DNA of 55,048 bases from Candidatus Paceibacter sp. Its GTDB lineage: Bacteria > Patescibacteriota > Patescibacteriia > Magasanikbacterales > UBA922. Below the pieces are notes generated by a model. The model searched no databases. It saw only the letters and a list, made by a program, of their open reading frames with translations, and was not told the origin of the DNA. Below are positions 25,336 through 35,154 of the stretch, piece after piece (position 1 is the stretch's first letter; every line of letters starts with the position of its first letter). Both the position numbers and the translations under genes were made by a program. The DNA is taken from the NCBI GenBank assembly GCA_020725175.1, contig DYFM01000009.1, positions 1 through 55,048 on the forward strand, in the 5' to 3' direction.

Positions 25336-26124
25336 CTATTCCTCCACTTGCCATTGTTCAATGTATTGTTGAAACTTCTGTATTCGAAGAGCATCTCGTT
25401 CGTGGAATAAAAATGGCTGAACATCACGGACCATTTCATTGAAGTCAACTTCTTGGCAACGCTTTAACAGGGCAACCTTGAGATCCACAAGAGACGTAAT
25501 CTGAAACTTATGTGCCAAATATCCAACATGAGGCTTGGTAATTCCATCGAGAAAGATAAAATCATAGAAGTCACGTCCTTTAGCAGTTTTTCTACCCAGA
25601 ATTGCGCCGGCTTTTTGGGCCATGAGAATATCCTTTGGATTTACTGCAATTTCTTCCACAATGCCATAGCGATTGAAAAACTTTTTTTCCGGCTCGATCG
25701 GAAAATCTTGTACAACAGTGTCTATCTTCACTAATATTTTTTCGTCAGCGTAAGGTGATAATTTATGCTGATACAGTAAGTTCCCAAACCGCACATAACA
25801 ATGAAAGGCTCCTTTGATTTTAATTACTGCATCCACCTGAAATCCTTGTAACAATAAATCACGCACTACCAACTCAATAGTCGCTTCAAATTCATCAACA
25901 GCCAAACCAAAATTATCAAAATCAAGGTCTTCAGAAAACCGAGAGATGTTATAAAAAAAACGCAAACTGGTTCCACCGATAAAGCTTATTTTTCCACTTG
26001 GCACATGCTGAAATAATGACTGCAACATAATGCACTGTAGATACTCCGCCAAGGCTTGCTTTTCTCTACCAGCTGGAAAATTATGTTCTTTTGACAAGGC
26101 CACTATTTGTTCTAATGTCAACAT
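25336..26124 (-). CDS. AbiEii-family nucleotidyltransferase (type IV TA toxin-like)
   Basis: FIGGTSLRFFYNISRFSEDLDF motif; K...ILGRKTAKGRDFYD. Confidence 0.9.
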   Translation of the reverse strand: MLTLEQIVALSKEHNFPAGREKQALAEYLQCIMLQSLFQHVPSGKISFIGGTSLRFFYNISRFSEDLDFDNFGLAVDEFEATIELVVRDLLLQGFQVDAVIKIKGAFHCYVRFGNLLYQHKLSPYADEKILVKIDTVVQDFPIEPEKKFFNRYGIVEEIAVNPKDILMAQKAGAILGRKTAKGRDFYDFIFLDGITKPHVGYLAHKFQITSLVDLKVALLKRCQEVDFNEMVRDVQPFLFHERDALRIQKFQQYIEQWQVEE

Positions 26125-26145
26125 AGATGATGACTGATAAACAGT

Positions 26146-26775
26146 TTAAACTGAAGAAAGATATGACTTTAGCGAGTCAACTCGTTTGGCTAAAGATTTA
26201 TTATTATACAGCTTTACCAAATTGTAAACACCACGCCAATCGAGTTTGGTACGCATATCTTCTTCATGAAATCGGGCTTCTACAAAATCAGACGGCTTCT
26301 GCCATTTTTTCGGTTGTAAGTATAGTAAGTCTACGAGTGCTTTCTCCGGTGTTGCAATATAGAATCGCTTTCCTATCTCGTCTTTTTGTCCGCTTTGTTG
26401 TAATACATAATCTGTAAAAACATCTGTTTTGATATGTTGATAAAAGTATGTTTTATCCTGAACCCGAATTGTTCGTGTTCCGCGGGTAGTAACAGACGTG
26501 ATATGAAAAGGAATGTCGACAGTAAGATTGTAATAGTACAGAGCAGACTCAAGAGAAATATAGGATGGTTCACGTAACTGATTGGCAATATATTCCGGCA
26601 TCACCTCCGCCTTGGTAAAAAGATATTTTCCGGCCATGAGTCGAACAATATAGCCTTTTTTAACCCATTCTGACAGTCGATATGAACCAATCCGAAAACC
26701 GGCCAGTTCGAGATCTTTGGCTGTAAAAACAGGTTTCTGCTTAATTAAGCTATATTGTATATTAATATATTTCAT
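26146..26775 (-). CDS. AbiEi-family antitoxin (winged-helix transcriptional regulator)
   Basis: LSEWVKKGYIVRL..GKY, PSYISLESALYYY and IATPEKALVDLLYL motifs; directly upstream of AbiEii. Confidence 0.9.
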   Translation of the reverse strand: MKYINIQYSLIKQKPVFTAKDLELAGFRIGSYRLSEWVKKGYIVRLMAGKYLFTKAEVMPEYIANQLREPSYISLESALYYYNLTVDIPFHITSVTTRGTRTIRVQDKTYFYQHIKTDVFTDYVLQQSGQKDEIGKRFYIATPEKALVDLLYLQPKKWQKPSDFVEARFHEEDMRTKLDWRGVYNLVKLYNNKSLAKRVDSLKSYLSSV

Positions 26776-26793
26776 TTTTGTATGTAAAACAGT

Positions 26794-26828
26794 AAAAAAA
26801 AGAAACGTATTGATAGTATACGTCTCTT
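26794..26828 (-). terminator. Intrinsic terminator between the polysaccharide operon and abiEi
   Basis: Minus strand AGAGACGTAT-7nt-ATACGTTTCT followed by a T-run. Confidence 0.75.
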
Positions 26829-26868
26829 CTTAGAGTTTGTACACTAGGGGTGTGGATAAGTCTGATAC

Positions 26869-28173
26869 TCACAATGACCAGTACTGAATCCCCTCTCCCT
26901 CTATCTCTTCTTGGTTATAGATATGTTTGATGTCAATCAAAAGTAATGTATCATGGTTCATTTGTGCTCGCAACTCACCGGCTGATAACCGCTTAAACTC
27001 ATCATGTGCCACCGCCACAATCAACGTATCTGCTTTTGGTAACGCTTCTTTTTGTGCCAAACGAAAGCCGTACTCATGCTCAACTTCTTCACTATCTGCG
27101 TGTGGATCATACACGAGCGGGTTCACCCCAAACACTTTTAATTCTTCATAAAGTGCCACCACTTTTGAGTTACGCACATCCGGAACATTTTCTTTAAAAG
27201 TAATACCATAAATCACAAAATTCGACTTACTTACATCCTTTCCGGCCTGCACCATTTTTTGAACAATTTGATGAGCAATAAATTTATGCATTGAATCATT
27301 GATACTTCGACCGGCCAAAATAACTTCCGGATGGTGTCCTACTTGCTGTGCTTTAAAAGTAAGATAGTATGGGTCCACCCCAATACAGTGCCCCCCAACT
27401 AAACCGGGTTCAAACGGTAAAAAATTCCATTTTGTTTTAGCTGCAGCCAGAACATCATACACACTGATTCCCATTTTATAAAAAAGTATAGCGAGCTCAT
27501 TCATGAGAGCAATGTTCAAATCACGTTGCGTGTTTTCAATCACTTTGGCCGCCTCAGCAACTTTGATTGATTTTGCACGATACACATTAGTGATTGAACC
27601 ATACACGTTTGCAATTACTTCGAGCGACGGTTCATCCATTCCGGAAACAACTTTTGTCACCTTATCAATCGTATGGACTTTATCACCCGGAGTGATACGT
27701 TCCGGAGAATACCCGATCCAAAAATCAACTCCTGCCTTAAGTCCAGATTCTTGTTCCAAAATAGGGACACAAATATCTTCAGTTACCCCAGGATACACCG
27801 TTGACTCGTACACAACAATGCTTCCTTTTTTTAATTGTTTCCCTACGGTCAAAGAGGCTTTCTCAACAATCGAAAGATCAGGAATATTATTCTTATCTAC
27901 CGGAGTTGGAACCGCAACGATGATAAACGACGCTTGTTTGAGAATTTCCGGATCGTGTTAAAATTTTAATGAAGATGTCTGCAACTCTTCCGTAGAAACT
28001 TCACCGGTATCATCAACATGATTTCGTAGCGCCGCAATTCTTTTTTGATTGATATCGAACCCAATAACTGAAAAATGCTTTGCCAAGTGTACCGCAAGAG
28101 GTAGCCCCACATATCCGAGACCCACGATACAAAGAGAAACTGTTTTTTGTTGGAGTGAATTAAAATCTATCAT
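26869..28173 (-). pseudogene. Nucleotide-sugar dehydrogenase (WbpO/TviB/WecC-like) interrupted by in-frame TAA at 27958-27960
   Basis: GLGYVGLPLA start; ...TSSLKF*HDPEILKQASFIIVAVPTP continues in the same frame into the 27852 ORF; VGGHCIGVDP active site. Confidence 0.9.
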
Positions 28174-28220
28174 AACGTTATTACTTAATTACTTACCTTC
28201 CAATGATATTCAGAAAATTT

Positions 28221-28274
28221 AATATCTATATCAATATCCATCTTAATCTTAATCTTAATCTTAATCTTTACCTT
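28221..28274. repeat. Hexamer array (AATCTT)x4 perfect with degenerate flanking units
   Basis: Read directly; lies between two dehydrogenase genes. Confidence 0.85.
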
Positions 28275-29652
28275 AGTGTTTCAATAAAGGACTCCCCACC
28301 GCAATAACAGCACATCCAGCAGCCACCAAATCATCATACCGATGTTGCAGCATGCGTCTTCCATCCATAACCAATGGTCGGGACTTCTCTCCCAAAATCA
28401 TATCGGCCACACCCCGAAACTGTGGCCAGTCAGTTGCCACAACTACACAATCAGCAGTGACAATGGCTTCCATTTCATGCCCCACATACTGAATAGTTTC
28501 ATTTGCCGGAAAAAGAGCCTCAAACATCTCTCGCGCTGATGGATCGTAAATACGGATTGCTTCAACTTGCTTTTCTTGCAAAAATCGAACAATATCAATA
28601 CTCGGTGAATTTCGAATATCATTGGTATCCCGCTTGAACGCAGTTCCTAGCAGGGCAATAGTTTTTCCTTTCCAGTCAAATTTCGCTTCTTTTTCCGCAC
28701 GAGATAAAAACAGTTCCAGTTGTCGCTTGTTCGCCAAGTAGGTTTCATTGACCAGTACCGCCTCCTGCCCCTTGGTTTGAAGTTGGTGAGAAAGAGAGCG
28801 CGCGTCTTTGATAAAACAACTCCCGCCGGCATAGAGGCTGTTGTAAAATCCCCAACTCCCGATTCGGTTATCACTCGTTAAAATACGACGAATATGCTCA
28901 AATCTCACCTCCGGAAATGTTTCGCAGGTACGGCCAATTACATCGTAACACACCGCCAGTTTATTGAACAAATAATAATTGGCAAGGAGTTTTCCGGCTG
29001 CGGCTTCTTTGGGATTGACTTCGATGTATTCCACATTCGGGGAATCATAAAACCGTTGATAAATGCGACGCATAACCAAAAAATCGTCTTCATTCCAAGC
29101 TCCTACTACGATACGATCCGGTTTCAGAGAACCCTGAATCGCTTTTCCTTCAACCAAAAATTCCGGATTGGAAACCACTCCTACATTTTGTACAGCATGT
29201 TTTTTAAGTATTGTCTCAGTAAGATCTACCGTATCGATCGGCACAGTGCTTTTATTGATGATAACCAACCGCTTTGACTGAGTGCCTGAGTTTCGCTTGG
29301 TCAAGGCTTCTGACAATTGCTCAAGCGCGGTAGTATAGTAGGTCAAATTACTTTCCCCGGTTTCACCGATTTCTGGGGTTGGGAGACACAAAAATACCGC
29401 ATCACAGGTATCTAAACACTCTTCCACTTTTCGGTAATCTGTGGTAAAGTCAATGCGATCTTGATGGCGAATGAGGAGATCAGCCAGACCGTCTTCGTAG
29501 AGGCAGGATTCTATTTGCTCTCTATTTTTTGAAGACAGTTTCTGTATTTTAACTTGATCAATATCGAATACGAGAGCCTGATGACCACTGTCGGCTGATA
29601 CGGCAGCAGAACAGGAGCCGACGAAGCCGGCGCCTATGTAGAGAAGGTGCAT
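28273..29652 (-). CDS. UDP-glucose/GDP-mannose family 6-dehydrogenase
   Basis: IGAGFVG, CLPTP, NKSTVP, SNPEFLVEG, GGSCFIKD and AFKRDTNDIRNSP motifs. Confidence 0.92.
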   Translation of the reverse strand: MHLLYIGAGFVGSCSAAVSADSGHQALVFDIDQVKIQKLSSKNREQIESCLYEDGLADLLIRHQDRIDFTTDYRKVEECLDTCDAVFLCLPTPEIGETGESNLTYYTTALEQLSEALTKRNSGTQSKRLVIINKSTVPIDTVDLTETILKKHAVQNVGVVSNPEFLVEGKAIQGSLKPDRIVVGAWNEDDFLVMRRIYQRFYDSPNVEYIEVNPKEAAAGKLLANYYLFNKLAVCYDVIGRTCETFPEVRFEHIRRILTSDNRIGSWGFYNSLYAGGSCFIKDARSLSHQLQTKGQEAVLVNETYLANKRQLELFLSRAEKEAKFDWKGKTIALLGTAFKRDTNDIRNSPSIDIVRFLQEKQVEAIRIYDPSAREMFEALFPANETIQYVGHEMEAIVTADCVVVATDWPQFRGVADMILGEKSRPLVMDGRRMLQHRYDDLVAAGCAVIAVGSPLLKH

Positions 29653-29658
29653 AAGAAA

Positions 29659-30744
29659 TTACAATTTACTCAAAATGTAGTTTAACTGTTCGCCCATTTT
29701 TTTGCAAGTATAAATTTCACAAACTTTTTTGTACCCTCTAATCGCAACTTGACTTCTTAATATGGTATTATCAGCAAGTAATTTTATTTTACTACTCAAA
29801 TCTTCGGGGTTTTCTGGCTCATAATAAAGACACTCTTTACCATCTTCAAACAATTCATACATAGTTTGTGCTCCTGAAATAATTACAGGTCGCGCACAAG
29901 CCATTGCTTGGGTTGCAGAACTTAAACCCGAAGACTCATTCTTTACAGCAATACTTGGAATAACAACAATTTTGGCTTTATTATACATCTCTCTAACTTC
30001 CTCATTTGTTAGGTCAGAAAGTATTTCAATATTTTTACCCTGAGTATCTACACTTTTTTTTGTAATTACCTTTAAATGCATGCCTGTAGGTAGTGCAGTA
30101 ACTAGTGTAGCAAAATCACGATTCATGTCATTACCAATAGAAAGAATGAAGTCTTCTTTCGCAATACCTTCTATCGGCTTCCAAAACTCAGTATCTACAC
30201 CGAAGTAAAGTGTTTGTACTTTTTTTTTATTTAAATGATAGTCATGAACAAAATCAGACTGAACATATTCAGAAAGAGTCAGCAATGTATCAGCGCGACG
30301 AAGTAAAAAACCCATAAACCATACAAGAGGGTAATTCCATCGAAAATACTTAATCCGTTCTTGAAGACTCATTACGATACAGGACATTTTTTTTTGTTTG
30401 AGAAAACCTACCGCTTTCCAAAACAAGAGCGAAAGGCTTATTTGATCATTCACACAGACAATAATATCAGCAGAATCAATCTCTTTTTTATAAAGTAAAT
30501 ATATTTCTAGTGGAAGACCAATTTTTGCAAAGAAACGGAACGGGTATTCAAGAACCGAAAATAATCGCCGAATACCCGTCTTCCTTTCATCTCGCGGTGC
30601 ATTTACATAAGTAATATCATAAAGTGATGGGTCTAGATAATTCATACCCCACAGGAATTCTGTTGGACCCACAGTTTTTCCATTATCTAGGAGGATATCG
30701 TTAAGTGCATTAAATCGATAAACAAAAAGTACTTTTTTTTTCAT
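29659..30744 (-). CDS. Glycosyltransferase family 4 (GT-B)
   Basis: FGVDTEFW; SSATQAMACARPVI; C-terminal PENPEDL. Confidence 0.85.
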   Translation of the reverse strand: MKKKVLFVYRFNALNDILLDNGKTVGPTEFLWGMNYLDPSLYDITYVNAPRDERKTGIRRLFSVLEYPFRFFAKIGLPLEIYLLYKKEIDSADIIVCVNDQISLSLLFWKAVGFLKQKKMSCIVMSLQERIKYFRWNYPLVWFMGFLLRRADTLLTLSEYVQSDFVHDYHLNKKKVQTLYFGVDTEFWKPIEGIAKEDFILSIGNDMNRDFATLVTALPTGMHLKVITKKSVDTQGKNIEILSDLTNEEVREMYNKAKIVVIPSIAVKNESSGLSSATQAMACARPVIISGAQTMYELFEDGKECLYYEPENPEDLSSKIKLLADNTILRSQVAIRGYKKVCEIYTCKKMGEQLNYILSKL

Positions 30745-30745
30745 A

Positions 30746-32506
30746 TCATGTAAGATTTATCAAAGCCTGATTTTTTTTAAACCAATAAGCAAAAACAAGA
30801 CAACGCCAGAGTAGAGAAACATTTTTTTGGTTTTTTTGATAATCTGTTATTATGTACAGTAATTTTTTTTTATTAAACCACGGAAGAGAACCTAATACAG
30901 AATAGACTTCAGAGATAGTATCAGGAGTAAATAGCTGATGCGTCGGTCTACCAAACCCCTTCTTTGGCCGAAAAATAACTGTAGTTGGTAATTTACCAAC
31001 CATTGCTCGTTTCAATAGTAGCTTACCAAAACCAAAAAAATAATGCTGTCTTACTGCACTAGACAAAACCATATTTATAAACGGTCGATAGAGAAAGGGG
31101 GTTCTTACCTCAAGAGAGGCCATCATACTGGTAATATCACTTTTTCTCAAATAATATTCTGGTAGTGAGTATTCTAAATCAAACTGACGAAGATCAAGCA
31201 ATTTTTCTACAGGGTTATTTGTATTGTTAAAGATATATTTCGCACTAACTTGACTAGAGTCTATGGATAACAACTGATTTACTAACGATTCATCATATGC
31301 AAAATATTTTTGTAACACGAGGCTGCTTTGATTATCATTTTTAAAAAAGAAATTTCTTCGTCTCATCCAATCAATTTGTCGATATATAGGATAACCAAAA
31401 AACAACTCATCTCCGCCATCACCACCTAAAGATACTTTGACGTCTCGAACTACTTCTTTTGATACTAGAAAATTTGAAATCATTGCTGGATCTGCAAATG
31501 GTTCATCTATATATGACAAAACCTCTTCTGCAGCATTGCTATACTCCTTGAGATCTATCCACACCTCACGATGGTCTGTCCCAAGCTTCTTTGCCACTTG
31601 TCTAGCATGGATAATATCTGGATCATCTGGTTTATGAATAAAACCAACAGTAAATGTCTTCACATCATTACGGATTTGTTTCATTGCCCATACGATTGAA
31701 CTTGAATCAAGACCACCACTCAAGAAAGCACCCACAGGCACATCACTAACCATATGAGACTTAACAGTGTCGATAAGATGCGAGCGAAACAATTTAGGTG
31801 TCAACAGACGTGTATCTTTATCAAATTGTTTTGCACTCCAATACCTGACCGGTACATCATCCAGTATGTTATTATTATTTTTCAGTTTAATAGTCAAATG
31901 ATGTCCAGCGGGTAATTTTTTTATATCCTCAAATATAGTTGCTGGAGCAGGGATATGCTTAAGACAAAAAAAATCATAAATACTCTGTTGATCAATCGTT
32001 AATTGTGTTCCCAACAATGGAAGTAAAGATTTTATTTCAGAAGCAAAATAGAATTGATCACTAATATAGGCATAGACTAAAGGCTTCATCCCTATAGGAT
32101 CACGAGCTAAAAAAAGTAGTTGATCTTTTTTATCATAAATAGCAAAAGCAAACATACCTTCAATATAATCAACCAGCTTCTCTCCATATACAGAATATGC
32201 CGCTATAATAACCTCTGTATCAGAATTAGTAATAAAATTATAGTGATCCGAAAGAGAAGATCTTAATGTTTTATAATTATAAATTTCACCGTTAAATACA
32301 ATTACAAAACGTCCACATGAAGATGTCATAGGCTGATGTCCTGTCGCCATATCAATAATGGACAATCTCCGGTGACCAAGGGTACACAAAAAATCAGAAA
32401 AAATACCACTATCATCTGGCCCTCTTTTTTTGAGCTCCTCTAACCCTTTTTGAAATTCCTCCCTAGAAAAAAAGGTCAATCCAAATGTCCCAAGAATACC
32501 GCACAT
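30746..32506 (-). CDS. asnB: Asparagine synthase (glutamine-hydrolysing)-type amidotransferase, probably glycan amidation
   Basis: N-terminal MCGI, RGPD, HRRLSIID, FNGEIYNY, FLSGGLDSS, GDGGDELF and RPKKGF motifs. Confidence 0.92.
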   Translation of the reverse strand: MCGILGTFGLTFFSREEFQKGLEELKKRGPDDSGIFSDFLCTLGHRRLSIIDMATGHQPMTSSCGRFVIVFNGEIYNYKTLRSSLSDHYNFITNSDTEVIIAAYSVYGEKLVDYIEGMFAFAIYDKKDQLLFLARDPIGMKPLVYAYISDQFYFASEIKSLLPLLGTQLTIDQQSIYDFFCLKHIPAPATIFEDIKKLPAGHHLTIKLKNNNNILDDVPVRYWSAKQFDKDTRLLTPKLFRSHLIDTVKSHMVSDVPVGAFLSGGLDSSSIVWAMKQIRNDVKTFTVGFIHKPDDPDIIHARQVAKKLGTDHREVWIDLKEYSNAAEEVLSYIDEPFADPAMISNFLVSKEVVRDVKVSLGGDGGDELFFGYPIYRQIDWMRRRNFFFKNDNQSSLVLQKYFAYDESLVNQLLSIDSSQVSAKYIFNNTNNPVEKLLDLRQFDLEYSLPEYYLRKSDITSMMASLEVRTPFLYRPFINMVLSSAVRQHYFFGFGKLLLKRAMVGKLPTTVIFRPKKGFGRPTHQLFTPDTISEVYSVLGSLPWFNKKKLLYIITDYQKNQKNVSLLWRCLVFAYWFKKNQALINLT

Positions 32507-32509
32507 ACA

Positions 32510-33349
32510 TTATTTCATTGTAGAATAGAACCTATTTTCGTTAGCAACTCGCCACAGGATAAGTGGTATACGTACAGCTATACTGTCACGAAATGTTTCT
32601 GCCACCCAAAAGTTAAAATCCTGGTCAGTCCCTCGCCCATTGAAGGATGGTCTGGTTCGTTCATATAAAGGTCGAAAATGGCATTTCTCGAAAACTTCTC
32701 GTTTTAACAAAGGCATACTAGCAGCACAAGGAAAGGATGTCCAATCATGAAAGAATTTTCTATCAATTTTATGAATCAATTTAATAAAAATTGATTCATC
32801 TTCCAATTTACTGAAAGGGAATTTAAATATTCTATTTTTTGTTTTATTTACAAGCGACATAATATCTTTTGTATGAATTATCATATTCCTTTCCATGCTC
32901 CAACCGGACAATGTACAATTAAGCCGGTCGTCGTATTTTCGCCAATCTACTACCACATGATGTGAATTATATTCTTGAGATATTTGATACTGTATCTCTA
33001 TACGATCCGAATGTGAACCATCATCTGCATCTTGAAAAGTTATGTACTCACCCTTCGCCACTGACACTCCAAAATTTCGTGCCGCCCAACCAGAATCGGT
33101 ATTTTTTGTTGTATTCCCAAATGCTTTTTGTTTCTTTGGTGACCCAAACTCATTTTTAACAAAATGGATATTCTGGTATTTCTTTAAATATGGTTGTACA
33201 ACCTCAGTAAGATTATCTGTACTATAATCATCTACAATAATAATCTCAATATTTAAATATGTTTGTGATAAAATAGCATCAAGCGCATGAGTGATATATG
33301 CCGCATGATTATAACAAGGAATGACAACTGATATAAGTGGAAGCTTCAT
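32510..33349 (-). CDS. Glycosyltransferase family 2
   Basis: ISVVIPCYN, IIVDDYSTD, ARNFGV and FQDADD motifs. Confidence 0.9.
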   Translation of the reverse strand: MKLPLISVVIPCYNHAAYITHALDAILSQTYLNIEIIIVDDYSTDNLTEVVQPYLKKYQNIHFVKNEFGSPKKQKAFGNTTKNTDSGWAARNFGVSVAKGEYITFQDADDGSHSDRIEIQYQISQEYNSHHVVVDWRKYDDRLNCTLSGWSMERNMIIHTKDIMSLVNKTKNRIFKFPFSKLEDESIFIKLIHKIDRKFFHDWTSFPCAASMPLLKREVFEKCHFRPLYERTRPSFNGRGTDQDFNFWVAETFRDSIAVRIPLILWRVANENRFYSTMK

Positions 33350-33358
33350 CGAATTATA

Positions 33359-34252
33359 TTACTTTCTAAATGGATTTCTATACTCTAGTTGCCACATATC
33401 TTCTTGTGTAGAATATACAAATACTCTATACATATATCTCTTCAAAAGAGGCATCCGCATATACATTGAATGAGGAATCCACATAAATAAAGGATAAAGC
33501 GACTTGAGAATTTTATAAAAAATAGCAAACGCTTTTTCTATTACAGTCACATTATTTTGAAACCGCTCAAGGTAAAAATGATTCGGTGTAAGAAACAAAT
33601 CATTATCTGAAACGCTTTTACTTTGTTTTCCTACTCGAAATGCGCCAAGAGGAGTTTCCAAATGATAATGCTTTGTATAATGAAAAAATCTTGTCCATAA
33701 TTCTGTATCAAATGCCCATTTTTTTTCGCCTTCAAGCTTCCCTCCTACATCCTCCCAAAGCTCTTTTCGCCAAAAGGTTGATTCTTGCTGAATGATTTTC
33801 CAATCACCAAGAAGATAATCATAACGATGCTTTAAACGAAGTTTTGAATTTACAATTTCTGATCGCGCATTTATCGTTGTAGCCATTCCTGTAATCCATG
33901 AAACTTCTTTCGGCTGATGAGAAAAAAAATGGCCAATCACAAATAAACTCTTTGGCAAAAGGATATCATCACTACTAATCCATCCCATAATATCTCCTGT
34001 TGTTTTTTTAAATCCATAATTGAGCGCAATGGTTGGTGTATCTCTATAACCTTCCATACGCTCACAGTAGGTAATTTTATCTTTATATTGTTGAATCACG
34101 TCCCAACTTCCATCAGTACTTCCATCATCTATAACAACATACTCAAGATTTGGATATCCTTGAGAGATAATGGACTCTATCGTATCAGCAATATACTGTT
34201 TATGGTTATAACAGACTGTAACAATAGATATTTTTGGAAATTTAATATCCAT
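33359..34252 (-). CDS. Glycosyltransferase family 2
   Basis: ISIVTVCYN, VIDDGSTDGS, WISSDD and QQESTFWR motifs. Confidence 0.9.
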   Translation of the reverse strand: MDIKFPKISIVTVCYNHKQYIADTIESIISQGYPNLEYVVIDDGSTDGSWDVIQQYKDKITYCERMEGYRDTPTIALNYGFKKTTGDIMGWISSDDILLPKSLFVIGHFFSHQPKEVSWITGMATTINARSEIVNSKLRLKHRYDYLLGDWKIIQQESTFWRKELWEDVGGKLEGEKKWAFDTELWTRFFHYTKHYHLETPLGAFRVGKQSKSVSDNDLFLTPNHFYLERFQNNVTVIEKAFAIFYKILKSLYPLFMWIPHSMYMRMPLLKRYMYRVFVYSTQEDMWQLEYRNPFRK

Positions 34253-34275
34253 ATTTTTTTATTATAATGCTCATC

Positions 34276-35097
34276 TCATTCTTTTATTGCTGTTATACAC
34301 AGATGCCATCCAAAGACCTTTTCTAATACTCTAAATATTAAGTTAGGCATAAATCTAAAATACCATACTTTTTTATACTTATATTCTTTATACTCAGGTA
34401 TTGAATATGGAAATATATGATCCACAAAAATATTCTTAATTTTGAATCCCCTTAATAAATTTTTTGCGTCTTTCTTACTATAATAATATGTAACAGGAGA
34501 ACCAACTTGTGCTTCAGAATATTTTGGTACTAACTCTTTAATTCTCCAAAATTGAAACTTTCCATATCTCATTATTATCCATAATATTTTCCAAGAAAAT
34601 TTATAATAAACCATGATTTTGAGTGTACCCCCTGGTTTTAAATACTTGTGTAATTCACCTATTACCCTCTCTGGATTTGGAGTATGATGTATCACACCAA
34701 AAGAATAAATAAGATCATATTTCTCAGTTGGAACAGTACTTGATAATTCTTCTGCATTTACACAATAAAATGTAACTTTATTTTCAAAATTAAATATTCT
34801 AGCACGTTCTTTTGCTATTTTTAAAGATTCTTCTGAAAGATCTACTGCTGTAACAGTTGCCCCTTTCTTTAAAAAATTTATTGTATCTGTCCCAATTCCA
34901 CATCCAATTTCAAGAACTTTTTTATTAGACCATTTATCAAATTCAGCGAACATTGGTATATGTGATTCAACAAAATATTTTCTTTTTTCTACCTCATCAA
35001 AATATTCTACTGTCCCAATATTTTTATTTGAATGTCGAATGTTACAAGGTCTGATATTCCAATATTTTCTTACATCTTCTATACTCTTATTTTGCAT
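34276..35097 (-). CDS. Class I SAM-dependent methyltransferase
   Basis: VLEIGCGIG, AVDLSEESL, YDLIYSFGVIHHTP and LKPGG motifs. Confidence 0.9.
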   Translation of the reverse strand: MQNKSIEDVRKYWNIRPCNIRHSNKNIGTVEYFDEVEKRKYFVESHIPMFAEFDKWSNKKVLEIGCGIGTDTINFLKKGATVTAVDLSEESLKIAKERARIFNFENKVTFYCVNAEELSSTVPTEKYDLIYSFGVIHHTPNPERVIGELHKYLKPGGTLKIMVYYKFSWKILWIIMRYGKFQFWRIKELVPKYSEAQVGSPVTYYYSKKDAKNLLRGFKIKNIFVDHIFPYSIPEYKEYKYKKVWYFRFMPNLIFRVLEKVFGWHLCITAIKE

Positions 35098-35154
35098 AAG
35101 TAAGTGTTTAAATATATAATTGTTCTAACCGCAGAATTCTTTCATTGAGAGTCT

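Noticed and set aside
26851-26859. Perfect DnaA box (TGTGGATAA) as a sign of oriC
   Set aside because: It is a single box with no cluster, no dnaA/dnaN nearby and no switch in gene orientation.
27853-27960. Programmed frameshift joining the two dehydrogenase ORFs
   Set aside because: Both ORFs are in the same frame (27957-27852 = 105 nt), so the break is a single stop codon.
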